DNA from: Candidatus Omnitrophota bacterium
Lineage (GTDB): Bacteria; Omnitrophota; Gorgyraeia; B26-G9
Length of the DNA: 64,000 nt
Assembly: GCA_043826565.1 (NCBI GenBank)
Contig: JBDRPX010000034.1
Coordinates: 1,096 to 65,095, forward strand
Direction: 5' to 3'
This document shows positions 36,797 to 47,121 of this stretch, piece after piece. The notes beneath the pieces were generated by a model that was not told the DNA's origin, did not search any database, and worked only from the letters and a program-made list of their open reading frames with translations. Within the stretch, counting starts at the first letter, position 1; each line of letters opens with the position of its first letter. The position numbers and the translations under genes were made by a program.

Positions 36797-39376
36797 TTAT
36801 TTAAAAAAACATATGACTTTCTGTGAAATCACATCCGACATTATTCTTAACCCGCTAGCTTCAACATCATATACTCCAATAATATCTTTATACTTAACTG
36901 CCTGAGGAATGAGTTCTGGGAATAAATTTTTTAATTTCACAAACCATTCATGATTGAACAAAACACCTTTCTTTTCCGGGAACAAGGCAATGTAGAATAT
37001 ATTGGTTTCCACTAAGTCCTGAAAAAAATGTGTTCCTAAGGATAACTCCGGCATTAGATTTCCCGCGGGAAAAGCAATCTCCACAAGTATTGACACATTA
37101 TTAATTTCGGCAAACTTGACCGGCACCCCTAAAGATGGAGTTGTTGTACCCCATCTGCCCGGCCCCATAAGCATCGTTCCCCTCTGATCTTTATTTTCTA
37201 TCGCTCTATTTAAATTTCCGACTAGGCGGCCGACCTCATACTTATCTACCCAGGGCAAATCTATATATTTCTGCGGATCAACATAAATAATTCTTTGGAT
37301 CTTTTGAGAAAAATTACCGCCCAAAAAATACCCTTGTGAGTCAAAAAGTATATCTTTCTTATTTATTTTATCCGGCATTTGAATCCTTTTACCTACTCCC
37401 CATGTTTGCAAAGGCCGGCACTGAAGAAGACTTATTTTAAATAGATTATCTTCAATGAAATTCACGGTAAATTCTATCTCAACCGGATAATGGTAACTAG
37501 ACTCAAGTATCCCGAGTACCTTCTTAAAAGTTTCCGCAAAAGTATTATCGCTAAATATCCGATCAAGTGTCAATATCCAGTATTCTTTGTCCGGCTCATT
37601 AGTTTTATTCATCAAACTCATCGATTCATAATCTTTTACGGCAATCCGATCGATATCGATATCGATATCGATTCTTGCGTCAATTAACGTCTGAAAAGGA
37701 ATTGTTCCGAAAATATTTTCTTTTATGTTTATCAAATCTACGTCGTGCTGGGAAAATTTTCTTAAATCACTCTTTTCCGAATAAGGCCGGCGTAAAGGCT
37801 CATCCAAGGCAACCATCCTGGGATAATCACCTTCAACGCGGTTAACCGCCCGCGTGCCCAAGCCAAAAACCAGCCGCAACATCCCGGCTTTGGGATCCAT
37901 GCTTTCGTTCCAAACATATGTATTATGGGACACACCCACTCCGGCTAAATCAGGAAAAAAATATTCACTATGGTTTGCTCCGGAAACCCGCTGTACCAAA
38001 AGAGCCATTTGCTCATCTAATTTGTCCAGGCCTCTTTGTTTTCTGTAAACCAGAGCATCTTCACTCATCGTGCTGGCGTAAATCTTTTTTACGGCTTCGG
38101 CAAATTGGATATACCTCTGCTCAGGACTTCCCTGATTAGCCAAAAAAATACTTTCATATTTGCCGGCAAAAGCATTGCCAAATCCGTCTTCTAAAAGTGA
38201 ACTTGAACGTATGATAATCGGAGAAGCGCCGAAATATTCTATGATCTGCTGAAACTGCTCCATGATCTCCGGAGAAAAAGAACCAAAAAGCATTTTTTCT
38301 CCTAAGATTTTCGCGACTAAGAAATACCCTTCTTTTTCTCTTTGCTGCACACGAAGCTTCCACCATTTATTTTGGACGATATATGAGTAAAAGATATCCG
38401 ATCCTATATAAAATGAATCATGCGGCTCGGACAGCTTCGGCCAATCCAACAATTTACTTTGGGCCAGGATATTGCGGGCCAGGAGCATGCCGGCTGTTTT
38501 CCCTCCGATAAACCCTGTTCCGATCAATCTTGATTTTATAGCGATAAGCTCTGAAAGTGAGAAGTGTTTCATCGCTAAAGATAAGATCTTTTTATTCCTG
38601 CTTATCATTATACCGGAGAGCTTTTTCATAATATCTTTTATTTCTTCTTTTGAAGCCCGGCTGTCGACTATCTCCTGGGCTGTTAAAAATAACCTGTCCC
38701 AATAATCAAGGTTCCGCTTAGCACTCTCAATACCCTTTTCGCTAATATGCGATAAGATCTCTACGGCATTAACACTATCGGTAATCGGAATAAAATTATC
38801 CTTATCTTTCTTATGCGGAAGAAACATGGTCGGTGAATAGCGGTCCCATACTTTCAAGGGATGAATGTAGCAGCTGCCTTGGCAGCGATAAACATCTATA
38901 AGCAGCTGGGTAGTTTCACGTATGCGGGCTATAGATTTAAAAGAATGATTATTGCGCAAAATCGAAAAATAGGTAAAAGTTTTAAGCTCATAAAGATAAG
39001 GACAGGTAACCATAAAAAAATTCCCGATCATAATATCTGAAGCCCAGGCGGAAAGAAGCTCGGAAAGACAATCAAATATATAATAAGAACCTTGCCCTTC
39101 CCGGGTAATAATATTATTCACTTTAGCCGTAAATGATTCAAATCCGGCTAGCGGGTTAAGCTCATAACGCTTAACCTTATCTGATTGTTTAATAAGCTCT
39201 TTATGTGAAGCAAAACGTATGTAAATAACCTTCTTATTTTCCCCTAATGCCTGACGCACAAAAGGCTTAACCAAGTCAATGTAATCGTTTAAGTTATCTA
39301 TCTGCCAAACGACATTATCGCCTTTGCGAAGGCCGGTAATTACATTATCCAAACCTTTTATTCCGGTACTTATCAT
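36797..39376 (-). CDS. Cytoplasmic multidomain protein with PPDK/PEP-synthase N-terminal ATP-grasp (nucleotide-binding) domain and a degenerate KaiC/RecA-like N-terminal domain
   Basis: GFIGGKTAGM and IIRSSSLLEDGFGNAFAGKYES match the PPDK_N (PF01326) GGK and RSS..ED..SFAG motifs. The N-terminal GIKGLDNVITGLRKGDNVV resembles KaiC/RadA but has no Walker A. There is no signal peptide. Confidence 0.55.
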   Translation of the reverse strand: MISTGIKGLDNVITGLRKGDNVVWQIDNLNDYIDLVKPFVRQALGENKKVIYIRFASHKELIKQSDKVKRYELNPLAGFESFTAKVNNIITREGQGSYYIFDCLSELLSAWASDIMIGNFFMVTCPYLYELKTFTYFSILRNNHSFKSIARIRETTQLLIDVYRCQGSCYIHPLKVWDRYSPTMFLPHKKDKDNFIPITDSVNAVEILSHISEKGIESAKRNLDYWDRLFLTAQEIVDSRASKEEIKDIMKKLSGIMISRNKKILSLAMKHFSLSELIAIKSRLIGTGFIGGKTAGMLLARNILAQSKLLDWPKLSEPHDSFYIGSDIFYSYIVQNKWWKLRVQQREKEGYFLVAKILGEKMLFGSFSPEIMEQFQQIIEYFGASPIIIRSSSLLEDGFGNAFAGKYESIFLANQGSPEQRYIQFAEAVKKIYASTMSEDALVYRKQRGLDKLDEQMALLVQRVSGANHSEYFFPDLAGVGVSHNTYVWNESMDPKAGMLRLVFGLGTRAVNRVEGDYPRMVALDEPLRRPYSEKSDLRKFSQHDVDLINIKENIFGTIPFQTLIDARIDIDIDIDRIAVKDYESMSLMNKTNEPDKEYWILTLDRIFSDNTFAETFKKVLGILESSYHYPVEIEFTVNFIEDNLFKISLLQCRPLQTWGVGKRIQMPDKINKKDILFDSQGYFLGGNFSQKIQRIIYVDPQKYIDLPWVDKYEVGRLVGNLNRAIENKDQRGTMLMGPGRWGTTTPSLGVPVKFAEINNVSILVEIAFPAGNLMPELSLGTHFFQDLVETNIFYIALFPEKKGVLFNHEWFVKLKNLFPELIPQAVKYKDIIGVYDVEASGLRIMSDVISQKVICFFK

Positions 39377-39405
39377 ATTAATAGTCTCTTCCCTGATTGT
39401 GCAAA

Positions 39406-40461
39406 CTATTCCTGAAAAAGCTTTCTATATTCTCCATAACCTTCTTTTTCTAAATCTTCTTGAGGAATAAAACGCAAAGCCGCGGAGTTCATGCAATAAC
39501 GCAATCCCGCTGGTTTGGGGCCGTCATCAAAAACATGGCCCAGATGCGAATCCGCGTTTTTGCTTCTGATCTCTGTTCTTACAGAAAACAAACTTCGGTC
39601 TTCTTTCTCCACAATATTAGCCGGCTCTAAAGGCTTGGTAAAACTTGGCCAGCCCGTACCGGACTTATATTTATCCAGCGAACTAAACAAAGGCTCTCCG
39701 GAAACAATATCAACATAAATACCTTCTTTTTTATTATCCCAGTATTCGTTTTTAAACGCCGGTTCTGTACCACACTCTTGAGTAACTCTATATTGCATTG
39801 GTGTAAGTTTTTTCTTAATTTTTACTTCCGGCGGTTCTTCATACTCCCCGAAGTTATTAACCGTCTTATCGCTCCATTTTTCTTTAATGAAATTCTCCCG
39901 GCCGGAACCTTTTTTATAAGCATTATATTTAAGCGGGCATGTTTTATAATAATTCTGATGATACCCTTCTGCCTTATAAAAAGCAGCTGCCTCTAGTATT
40001 TCCGTAACAACTGGTTTATCAAATATCCTTGATTCTTCGAGTTTTCTTTTTGACTCTTCCGCCAACTGTTTTTGCTCTTCATCCTGATAAAAAATAGCGG
40101 TCTTATATTGCGAACCTTTATCGGCAAATTGTCCGCTTGCGTCAGTCGGGTCAATCTGGCGCCAAAACACATCCAGAAGTTTCTCGTATGTTATTTTTGC
40201 CGGATCATATATCACCTGAACCGCTTCCATATGTCCGGTTTTACCCGAGGATACTTCTTCATATGAAGGATTTTCTTTCCGGCCGCCGGTATATCCCGAG
40301 ATAACTTCTTTTACGCCATCCAACTCCTCAAAAGGTGATTCCATACACCAGAAACATCCGCCGGCAAAAACCGCTTTATTCAACTCATTTGCAAATGAAT
40401 TAACCTGCATAAGCCCCCCCATGATTAAAAATAGGCTCACAAACCATAGTGCTTTTTTCAT
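39406..40461 (-). CDS. msrAB: Periplasmic bifunctional peptide-methionine sulfoxide reductase MsrA-MsrB
   Basis: Signal peptide; MsrA GCFWC motif; Msr[10 protein letters not shown] plus CGTEPAF / GWPSF motifs. Confidence 0.85.
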   Translation of the reverse strand: MKKALWFVSLFLIMGGLMQVNSFANELNKAVFAGGCFWCMESPFEELDGVKEVISGYTGGRKENPSYEEVSSGKTGHMEAVQVIYDPAKITYEKLLDVFWRQIDPTDASGQFADKGSQYKTAIFYQDEEQKQLAEESKRKLEESRIFDKPVVTEILEAAAFYKAEGYHQNYYKTCPLKYNAYKKGSGRENFIKEKWSDKTVNNFGEYEEPPEVKIKKKLTPMQYRVTQECGTEPAFKNEYWDNKKEGIYVDIVSGEPLFSSLDKYKSGTGWPSFTKPLEPANIVEKEDRSLFSVRTEIRSKNADSHLGHVFDDGPKPAGLRYCMNSAALRFIPQEDLEKEGYGEYRKLFQE

Positions 40462-40492
40462 TTAAAACTCCCCGCGGCATTAATTAAACTAA

Positions 40493-41173
40493 CTACTCAC
40501 AATCATCATCTAATTTTTCATAATGATGTTTTATAACTTTAGCATTGATCATGTAAACAACGTCCTCGGCAATATTGGTAGCATGATCACAAATTCTTTC
40601 TAAGTGGCGGGCAATCAGAAGCAGCGGCACTGCCCGCGTCGCGCTGGAAGCATCTTTACTCATGTAATCATTGATCAGCTCTTCCTGAATTAAATTCCTC
40701 AGATCATCCGCTTCGGAATCGGAAAGTATCACTTTTTTAGCTAAATTTTCGTCACTGTTTACAAAAGAATCAATAACATCTTTGACCATTCTTCTGGCAA
40801 CTTCAGTTAACTTAGGAATATCAATCAGCGGTTTTAATATCGGCTTATCGCTAAGTTCCAGAACCCGCTGGGCGATATTTACCGCCAGATCCGCGATTCT
40901 TTCTAACTCCGCGTTAACTTTCATTCCGGTGGTGATAAAACGCAGGTCGCGTGCCATAGGCTGATAGCGGGCGATCAGATCAATACATTTCTCATCTATT
41001 GCCAGCTCCAAGTTATCAATATCGGCATCTTTATCAATAATACTTCTGGCTACCTCAGCATCTCTGTTCTTCAATGCTTCAATAGATTTATAGATCGCTT
41101 CCTCAGCTAAAGCGCTCATCTTAAGAATATCTTTATTTAATTCTTTCAATTCCTGATCAAAATGTCTTTCCAT
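40493..41173 (-). CDS. phoU: Phosphate signalling complex protein PhoU (copy 1)
   Basis: Two PhoU repeats. The C-terminal half is almost identical to PhoU copy 2 (45639-46304). Confidence 0.85.
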   Translation of the reverse strand: MERHFDQELKELNKDILKMSALAEEAIYKSIEALKNRDAEVARSIIDKDADIDNLELAIDEKCIDLIARYQPMARDLRFITTGMKVNAELERIADLAVNIAQRVLELSDKPILKPLIDIPKLTEVARRMVKDVIDSFVNSDENLAKKVILSDSEADDLRNLIQEELINDYMSKDASSATRAVPLLLIARHLERICDHATNIAEDVVYMINAKVIKHHYEKLDDDCE

Positions 41174-41246
41174 AATAAACCCCTTCTTTTATCGGCTCTT
41201 TCGCAATTAATGTGATATTTTCTTTGTTTTTATTTTATAATCGATT

Positions 41247-41440
41247 GCCAAATCAAAATTCAAAAAGCAAAAGTCAAAAATACAAGGCAAAATTAAAAAG
41301 TTATTTACCCAATTTTTATTTTTCACTTAGCATTATTTTTCTTAAGAATTTTATACTCAATAATATTCAACAATTGTATCTTTAAACTTTTGATTTTTTA
41401 ATTGCACTTTTGAGTTTTGATCTTTGACTTTTGAATTTTC
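41247..41440. repeat. MITE-like inverted-repeat element, copy A, between pstB and phoU
   Basis: Arms of about 50 nt: caaaattcaaaaagcaaaagtcaaaaatacaaggcaaaattaaaaag, and on the other side cttttgattttttaattgcacttttgagttttgatctttgacttttgaattttc. They are imperfect reverse complements with an AT-rich core of about 100 nt between them. The right arm is 37/39 identical to copy B (54708-54747). Confidence 0.4.
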
Positions 41441-42195
41441 TATCCGTATCTTCCGGTAATATAATCTTCCGTACGTTTATCGCGCGGAGCATTGAATATT
41501 TTCTGAGTTTCCCCGGATTCGATTAACTCGCCTAAAAGCATAAAACCCGTATTATCGGAAACCCGCGCCGCCTGCTGCATATTATGCGTTACGATTATTA
41601 TAGTATACTTGCTCTTAAGTTCACGCATTAATTCCTCGACTCTCTCGGTTGCCTGCGGGTCCAAGGTCGAACAAGGCTCATCCATTAATAATACATCCGG
41701 CTTAACCGCGATCAGCCGGGCAATACAAAGCCTCTGTTTTTGTTCCAATGATAATTTCAAAGCCGGTTCATTAAGCTTGTCTTTTAATTCGTCCCACAAA
41801 AGCACATCGGAGAGGCTTCTTTCGACAATTTCATCTAACGTGTCTCTGGTTACTTTTTCGGCATGGATTTTTTCTCCAAAAACAATATTCTCATAAATTG
41901 ACAAGGGAAATGGATTAGGCCTTTGGAAGACCATTCCTACTTTTTTACGTAAAACAACCAGATCGGTATGAGCATCCAGAATATTCTCATCATCAATTAA
42001 AACTTCTCCCTGTGTACGCACTCCTTCGATCAGATCATTCATCCGATTAAACACCCGCAGTAATGTTGACTTACCGCAGCCCGAAGGCCCGATTATCGCC
42101 GTGATCCGGTTCTGCGCAAAAGACGAATTAATATTCTTTAAAGCCGGAAACGTCCCATACCAGAAATTTAAATTTTTAGTGATTATCTTTTGCAT
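41440..42195 (-). CDS. pstB: Phosphate ABC transporter ATP-binding protein (second of two tandem PstB)
   Basis: Walker [11 protein letters not shown]-loop, [13 protein letters not shown] signature, and Walker B. Confidence 0.9.
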   Translation of the reverse strand: MQKIITKNLNFWYGTFPALKNINSSFAQNRITAIIGPSGCGKSTLLRVFNRMNDLIEGVRTQGEVLIDDENILDAHTDLVVLRKKVGMVFQRPNPFPLSIYENIVFGEKIHAEKVTRDTLDEIVERSLSDVLLWDELKDKLNEPALKLSLEQKQRLCIARLIAVKPDVLLMDEPCSTLDPQATERVEELMRELKSKYTIIIVTHNMQQAARVSDNTGFMLLGELIESGETQKIFNAPRDKRTEDYITGRYG

Positions 42196-42941
42196 TATCC
42201 GAACTTTCCTCTGATATAACCATCAGTACGTTTGTCGTGCGGAGCAGTAAACATCTTATCGGTCTTATCCAGTTCGATAAGCTCCCCATTTAGAAAAAAA
42301 GCAGTTCGATCTCCTACTCTCGCTGCTTGCTTCACATTATTAGTTACTAAAACAATAGTGTATTTTTGTTTTAATTTAACCATAGCCTCTTCGACCTTTG
42401 CCGTAGAAATAGGGTCCAGCCCGGAGCAAGGCTCATCAAATAAGATAACTTCCGGCTCAACCGCCAGAGTTCTGGCGATACAAAGCCGCTGCTGCTGGCC
42501 CCCAGATAATTTAAAAGCTGATTCATTTAATCTATCCTTAACCTCTTCCCAAAGATAAGACTCCTGCAAAGACTGCTCTACTTTATTTTTCAATGTTTTT
42601 TTATTATCCAAGCCATGCATTCTTACTCCATAAGCCACATTATCAAAAATTGACAAAGGCAACGGCAAAGGCAAGGCAAATACCATCCCCACCCGCTTAC
42701 GCAGTAATTCCGCATTAATTTCTTTTATATCTTGATTTTCCAGTTTTACTGTTCCGGTCATCTTTAAATTTTGATTTAAATCATTCAAGCGATTAAGCAT
42801 TCTCAAAAAAGTTGTCTTACCGCTGTTAGACGGCCCGATAATGCTTAAAATTTCATTTGCTTGAATTTGCAAATTTATATGTTTCAAGGCAGCTACAGAA
42901 TCAAACCAAATATTAAGGTCTTGGATATCAAACTTTACCAT
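42195..42941 (-). CDS. pstB: Phosphate ABC transporter ATP-binding protein (first of two tandem PstB)
   Basis: [22 protein letters not shown]; its stop overlaps the start of the next pstB (ATGA). Confidence 0.9.
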   Translation of the reverse strand: MVKFDIQDLNIWFDSVAALKHINLQIQANEILSIIGPSNSGKTTFLRMLNRLNDLNQNLKMTGTVKLENQDIKEINAELLRKRVGMVFALPLPLPLSIFDNVAYGVRMHGLDNKKTLKNKVEQSLQESYLWEEVKDRLNESAFKLSGGQQQRLCIARTLAVEPEVILFDEPCSGLDPISTAKVEEAMVKLKQKYTIVLVTNNVKQAARVGDRTAFFLNGELIELDKTDKMFTAPHDKRTDGYIRGKFG

Positions 42942-43783
42942 TTTTTCTTCTTCCTGAATTTAGTCCGGATAACTATTCCCACTAAATTCATGCATAAAAC
43001 TAAAGCTAATAAAACAAACGCTGTCCCATACCTTATTTTCTCATCGACATTAGGCACCTGAGTAGAAATAACATACAGATGATACGGCAATGCCATGGCC
43101 TGATCAAAAATTGACTTTGGTAAACGCGGCAGATAAAAAGCCGCCACAGTAAAAAGGATCGGCGCGGTTTCTCCCGCGGCCCGGCCTAAACCTAAAATAG
43201 TTCCGGTTAATATACCAGGTATGGCATTGGGCAACACAATGTGCCGAATAGTCTGCCATTTACTCGCACCTAAAGATAAGCTTACCTCGCGAAAAGAATC
43301 CGGCACACTTTCTAAAGCTTCGCGCGAAGTAGTAATGATCACCGGCAGAATCATGATTCCCAAAGTAAGAGAACCAGAGAGAATCGATGCTCCGAATTTG
43401 AAAAATACCACAAAAAGCGCTAAGCCGAAAAGTCCGTAAACTACCGATGGTACTCCGGAAAGATTGACAATTGCCAGACGAATAATCCGGGTAAGTATAT
43501 TATCTTTGGAATATTCACTTAAATATATCGCGGCCAAAAGCCCTATAGGCAAAGCAAAAAGAATCGCTCCGCTAACTAAATATAATGTTCCGACTATTGC
43601 CGGAAATATTCCTCCGGCGCGCATACCCTGCCGAGGCATAGCCGAAAGAAATTCCCAGCTAATCCCGGGTAATCCTTTTTGAATAATAATAACCACGATC
43701 ATCCCTACCGGAACTACGATTAAAAGTGTGGCTAAGAGTAATAAGAAAAAAGCGATTTTTTGAGTTCGATGCGGGTTTCGCAT
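42935..43783 (-). CDS. pstA: Phosphate ABC transporter permease PstA
   Basis: 6-TM permease with the EAA-like loop (ALSLGASKWQTIRHIVLP). Confidence 0.85.
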   Translation of the reverse strand: MRNPHRTQKIAFFLLLLATLLIVVPVGMIVVIIIQKGLPGISWEFLSAMPRQGMRAGGIFPAIVGTLYLVSGAILFALPIGLLAAIYLSEYSKDNILTRIIRLAIVNLSGVPSVVYGLFGLALFVVFFKFGASILSGSLTLGIMILPVIITTSREALESVPDSFREVSLSLGASKWQTIRHIVLPNAIPGILTGTILGLGRAAGETAPILFTVAAFYLPRLPKSIFDQAMALPYHLYVISTQVPNVDEKIRYGTAFVLLALVLCMNLVGIVIRTKFRKKKKW

Positions 43784-44646
43784 TATTGTCCTTTATGTAA
43801 AAACAGATCCGCGGTTACATTTATCGCAAAACTGATAACAAACAAAACTATACCGATAGCAAATAAAGCAAAATAATGTTCACTGCCGACAACAGCTTCT
43901 CCCATTTCCGCGGCAATTGTCGCAGTCAGAGTTCTCACCGGAGCTAAAATACTATTGGGAATAACCGCAGCATTACCTGTAATCATCATTACTGCCATTG
44001 TTTCCCCAATTACCCTACCGATGCCTAGCATGATTGCGGCCAAAATACCGCTGGAAGCTGCCGGAAGCATTACCCTCCAGATGGTCTGCCATTGAGTCGC
44101 GCCTAAAGCTAATGCACCTTCCTTATATGTTTTGGGAACTGAATATAAAGCATCCTCGGCAATGGAAACTATGGTCGGCATAGCCATAAAAGCCAGCATT
44201 ATTGAACCGGATAAAGCAGTTAAGCCGGTGGGTAAATGAAATACGTTCTTTACTAAAGGCACTAAAGTTACCATGCCGATAAAACCTAAGACAACACTGG
44301 GAATAGCAGCCAATAATTCAATCCCAGCCTTAAGAATCTCTTTGATTTTTAAAGGAGCGATTTCTGCAATATAAATCGCACAGCCAACTCCAATGGGAAT
44401 TGAAATAATTGCCGCGCCCACTGTAATTAAAAAAGAACCCAGAATCAAAGGCAGAATACCTAATTGCGGCGGTTCAGAAATAGGATACCAGCTCTTACCT
44501 AAAAGAAACTTAAAAGGGCTGACTATTTTAAATACCGCAATTCCTTCTCTAAGTAGAAAAAGGAAAATCAAAACCACAAAGAATATGGAAGCTATTCCGC
44601 AGAGAAGTATAAGTTTCTCAATAATAAATTCTTTAAGTTTACGCAC
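43783..44646 (-). CDS. pstC: Phosphate ABC transporter permease PstC
   Basis: 6-TM permease, ALALGATQWQTIWRVMLP. Confidence 0.85.
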   Translation of the reverse strand: MRKLKEFIIEKLILLCGIASIFFVVLIFLFLLREGIAVFKIVSPFKFLLGKSWYPISEPPQLGILPLILGSFLITVGAAIISIPIGVGCAIYIAEIAPLKIKEILKAGIELLAAIPSVVLGFIGMVTLVPLVKNVFHLPTGLTALSGSIMLAFMAMPTIVSIAEDALYSVPKTYKEGALALGATQWQTIWRVMLPAASSGILAAIMLGIGRVIGETMAVMMITGNAAVIPNSILAPVRTLTATIAAEMGEAVVGSEHYFALFAIGIVLFVISFAINVTADLFLHKGQ

Positions 44647-44659
44647 AAAGCTCCTTGAG

Positions 44660-45517
44660 TTATCTACTCACCGGCACAAAATCAGTTGCTAAGACAATAT
44701 CCTGGCCTTCTTTCGAAAGCGCAAAATCCACGAATTTTTTTACCAGGCCTTTAGGAGTATCATTGGTGTAAAGAAATAAAGGCCGCGATATGGGATATTT
44801 ACCGTTTACGACATTTTCAATCAACGGAGAAACATACTCTGATTTTTCATCTTGCGCTACAGCCAAAGCTTTTTGTTTTGGAGAAATATAGCCCATTCCA
44901 TAATATCCAATAGCCGTTGGATTACCCTCAACTTCATCAGCAATAGCCTGTGAAGAAGAAAGCAGTAAAGCCGCAGGAGCAAATTCTTCTTTCCGAGTCG
45001 AGTCATTATTTCTTAATACATGTTCTTTAAAATAAACATGTGTTCCGGAATTAACTTCGCGCGAAAGAATAACTATTTTTGCATCCATGCCGCCAAGCTC
45101 TTTCCAATTCATGATTTTACCGGTAAAAATTCCCGCTAACTGGTCAATGGTAAGTTTGCTCACCGGATTATTCGGATTGACCACAACCGCCAGCCCATCC
45201 AAACCAACTTTAATCTCATTCGGTTTTATTCCTCTTTGATTAGCTAAAGTAATTTCTTTCCCTTTAATATTTCTGGAAGCCATGGCAATCTCACAAGTCC
45301 CACTGATCAGACTAGCCAGGCCAGTACCAGATCCTCCTCCGGTAACCGCAATAAAATCTGCGGGATTTTTATCCATATATTCTTCAGCCCAGGCCTGCCC
45401 CAGATTTACCATAGTATCCGAACCTTTAACCTGGATCATATCCTCGGCATATACAAAACTACTACACAACACCAAACTTATTATTAAACCTATTAAACCA
45501 ATCCTAATTTTTTTCAT
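44660..45517 (-). CDS. pstS: Periplasmic phosphate-binding protein PstS (copy 1)
   Basis: Signal peptide, TGGGSGTG and SREVNSGT motifs of the PBP superfamily. Start taken at MKKIRIG, which has an AGGGGAG RBS. Confidence 0.85.
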   Translation of the reverse strand: MKKIRIGLIGLIISLVLCSSFVYAEDMIQVKGSDTMVNLGQAWAEEYMDKNPADFIAVTGGGSGTGLASLISGTCEIAMASRNIKGKEITLANQRGIKPNEIKVGLDGLAVVVNPNNPVSKLTIDQLAGIFTGKIMNWKELGGMDAKIVILSREVNSGTHVYFKEHVLRNNDSTRKEEFAPAALLLSSSQAIADEVEGNPTAIGYYGMGYISPKQKALAVAQDEKSEYVSPLIENVVNGKYPISRPLFLYTNDTPKGLVKKFVDFALSKEGQDIVLATDFVPVSR

Positions 45518-45578
45518 TATCTCCCCTTTCTTCAAAGTCTAAATACAATATTTAATATTTAATTTATTGTATTAGGCG

Positions 45579-45612
45579 ATTGTGACAATTGTGTGACAAT
45601 TGTGTGACAAGT
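45579..45612 (-). promoter_or_regulatory. Pho-box array: three direct TTGTCAC heptads at 11-bp periodicity, upstream of pstS copy 1
   Basis: The reverse strand reads TTGTCAC-ACAA-TTGTCAC-ACAA-TTGTCAC. This is the same 7+4 architecture as the E. coli Pho box (CTGTCAT-N4-CTGTCAY). Confidence 0.5.
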
Positions 45613-45638
45613 TTAAGGAGATAAGGATCGGTTATATT

Positions 45639-46304
45639 TTACAATTCTTCATAATGATGTTTGATGACTTTTGCATTGATCATGTAAACAACGTCCTCGG
45701 CAATATTGGTAGCATGATCGCAAATTCTTTCTAAATGGCGGGCAATCAACAATAAAGGAACTGCCCGGGTAGCAGTAGCGGCGTCTTTACTCATATAATC
45801 ATTGATCAGCTCTTCCTGAATTAAATTCCTCAGATCATCCGCCTGAGAATCGGAAAGTATCACTTGCTTAGCTAAATTTTCGTTTTTATTAACAAAAGCA
45901 TCAATAACATCTTTGACCATTTTCCTGGCTACCTCAGTCAATTTCGGAATATCGATCAGCGGTTTTAATATCGGCTTATCACTAAGTTCTATTACCCGCT
46001 GGGATATGTTTACGGCCAGGTCCGCGATCCGCTCTAATTCCGCATTGATCTTCATCCCGGTAGTTATAAACCTCAGATCCCGCGCTATAGGCTGCTGTAA
46101 AGCCAAAAGAGAGATTGCTGTTTCTTCCACGGCTAATTCTAACTCATCGACCTTTTGGTCATTTTGAATTACGGACTGGGCTAATTCCATATCCCTGTTC
46201 TTTAATGCCTCTACAGATTTGAATATCGCCTCTTCCGCAAGAACCGCCATTTTTAAAATATCCATATTTAATTTTTTCAGATCATCATCAAAATGCCTTT
46301 TCAT
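45639..46304 (-). CDS. phoU: PhoU (copy 2)
   Basis: Two PhoU repeats. The 3' half is about 90% identical at nucleotide level to copy 1. Confidence 0.85.
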   Translation of the reverse strand: MKRHFDDDLKKLNMDILKMAVLAEEAIFKSVEALKNRDMELAQSVIQNDQKVDELELAVEETAISLLALQQPIARDLRFITTGMKINAELERIADLAVNISQRVIELSDKPILKPLIDIPKLTEVARKMVKDVIDAFVNKNENLAKQVILSDSQADDLRNLIQEELINDYMSKDAATATRAVPLLLIARHLERICDHATNIAEDVVYMINAKVIKHHYEEL

Positions 46305-46317
46305 AAAACCCCTTTTC

Positions 46318-47121
46318 TTATCCGAATCTTCCGGTTATATAGTCTTCCGTAATTTTTTTAGACGGCTTAGTAAAGATCGTACTGGTGATATTATATTCAA
46401 TTAATTCTCCCATCATGAAAAATGCCGTATAATCGGAGATCCGCGCCGCCTGCTGCATATTATGGGTGACAATGATTATGGTATATTTTTTCTTTAATTC
46501 GTGAATTAATTCTTCCACTTTCGCTGTCGCGATCGGATCAAGCGCGGAAGCCGGCTCATCCAGCAGTAATATTTCCGGTTCCACGGCCAATGCCCGCGCG
46601 ATACATAACCTTTGCTGCTGGCCTCCGGATAAATCAAAAGCGCTCCGGTTAAGCCGGTCCTTTACTTCTGTCCACAAAGCCGCGTCTTTTAAACTCTTTT
46701 CTACTTTCTGAACAATATAATCTTCGTCTTTTATTCCGTTAACTCTCAAGCCGTAGGCAACATTCTCAAAAATTGATTTTGGGAAAGGGTTAGATTTCTG
46801 AAAAACCATTCCTACATTACGCCTTAGATCCACAACATCAATTTCTTTAGTAAAAATATTATCTCCGTCTATCTTGATCGCTCCTTCATAACGTATCCCG
46901 GGGATCGTATCATTCATCCGGTTAAAACAACGCAAAAATGTAGACTTACCGCATCCGGACGGGCCGATAATTCCCACGACAACATTTTCCTTGATATCGA
47001 GACTGATCCCTGCAAGCGCCTGTACGGATTCATAATAAAAACTAAAATCACTTACAATAATTTTTGTTTTATTGTTCTTAATATTGCTCGTCGCGCTTGC
47101 CCGGGAAATGGATATACTCAT
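46318..47121 (-). CDS. pstB: Phosphate ABC transporter ATP-binding protein (third PstB)
   Basis: [22 protein letters not shown]. Confidence 0.9.
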   Translation of the reverse strand: MSISISRASATSNIKNNKTKIIVSDFSFYYESVQALAGISLDIKENVVVGIIGPSGCGKSTFLRCFNRMNDTIPGIRYEGAIKIDGDNIFTKEIDVVDLRRNVGMVFQKSNPFPKSIFENVAYGLRVNGIKDEDYIVQKVEKSLKDAALWTEVKDRLNRSAFDLSGGQQQRLCIARALAVEPEILLLDEPASALDPIATAKVEELIHELKKKYTIIIVTHNMQQAARISDYTAFFMMGELIEYNITSTIFTKPSKKITEDYITGRFG

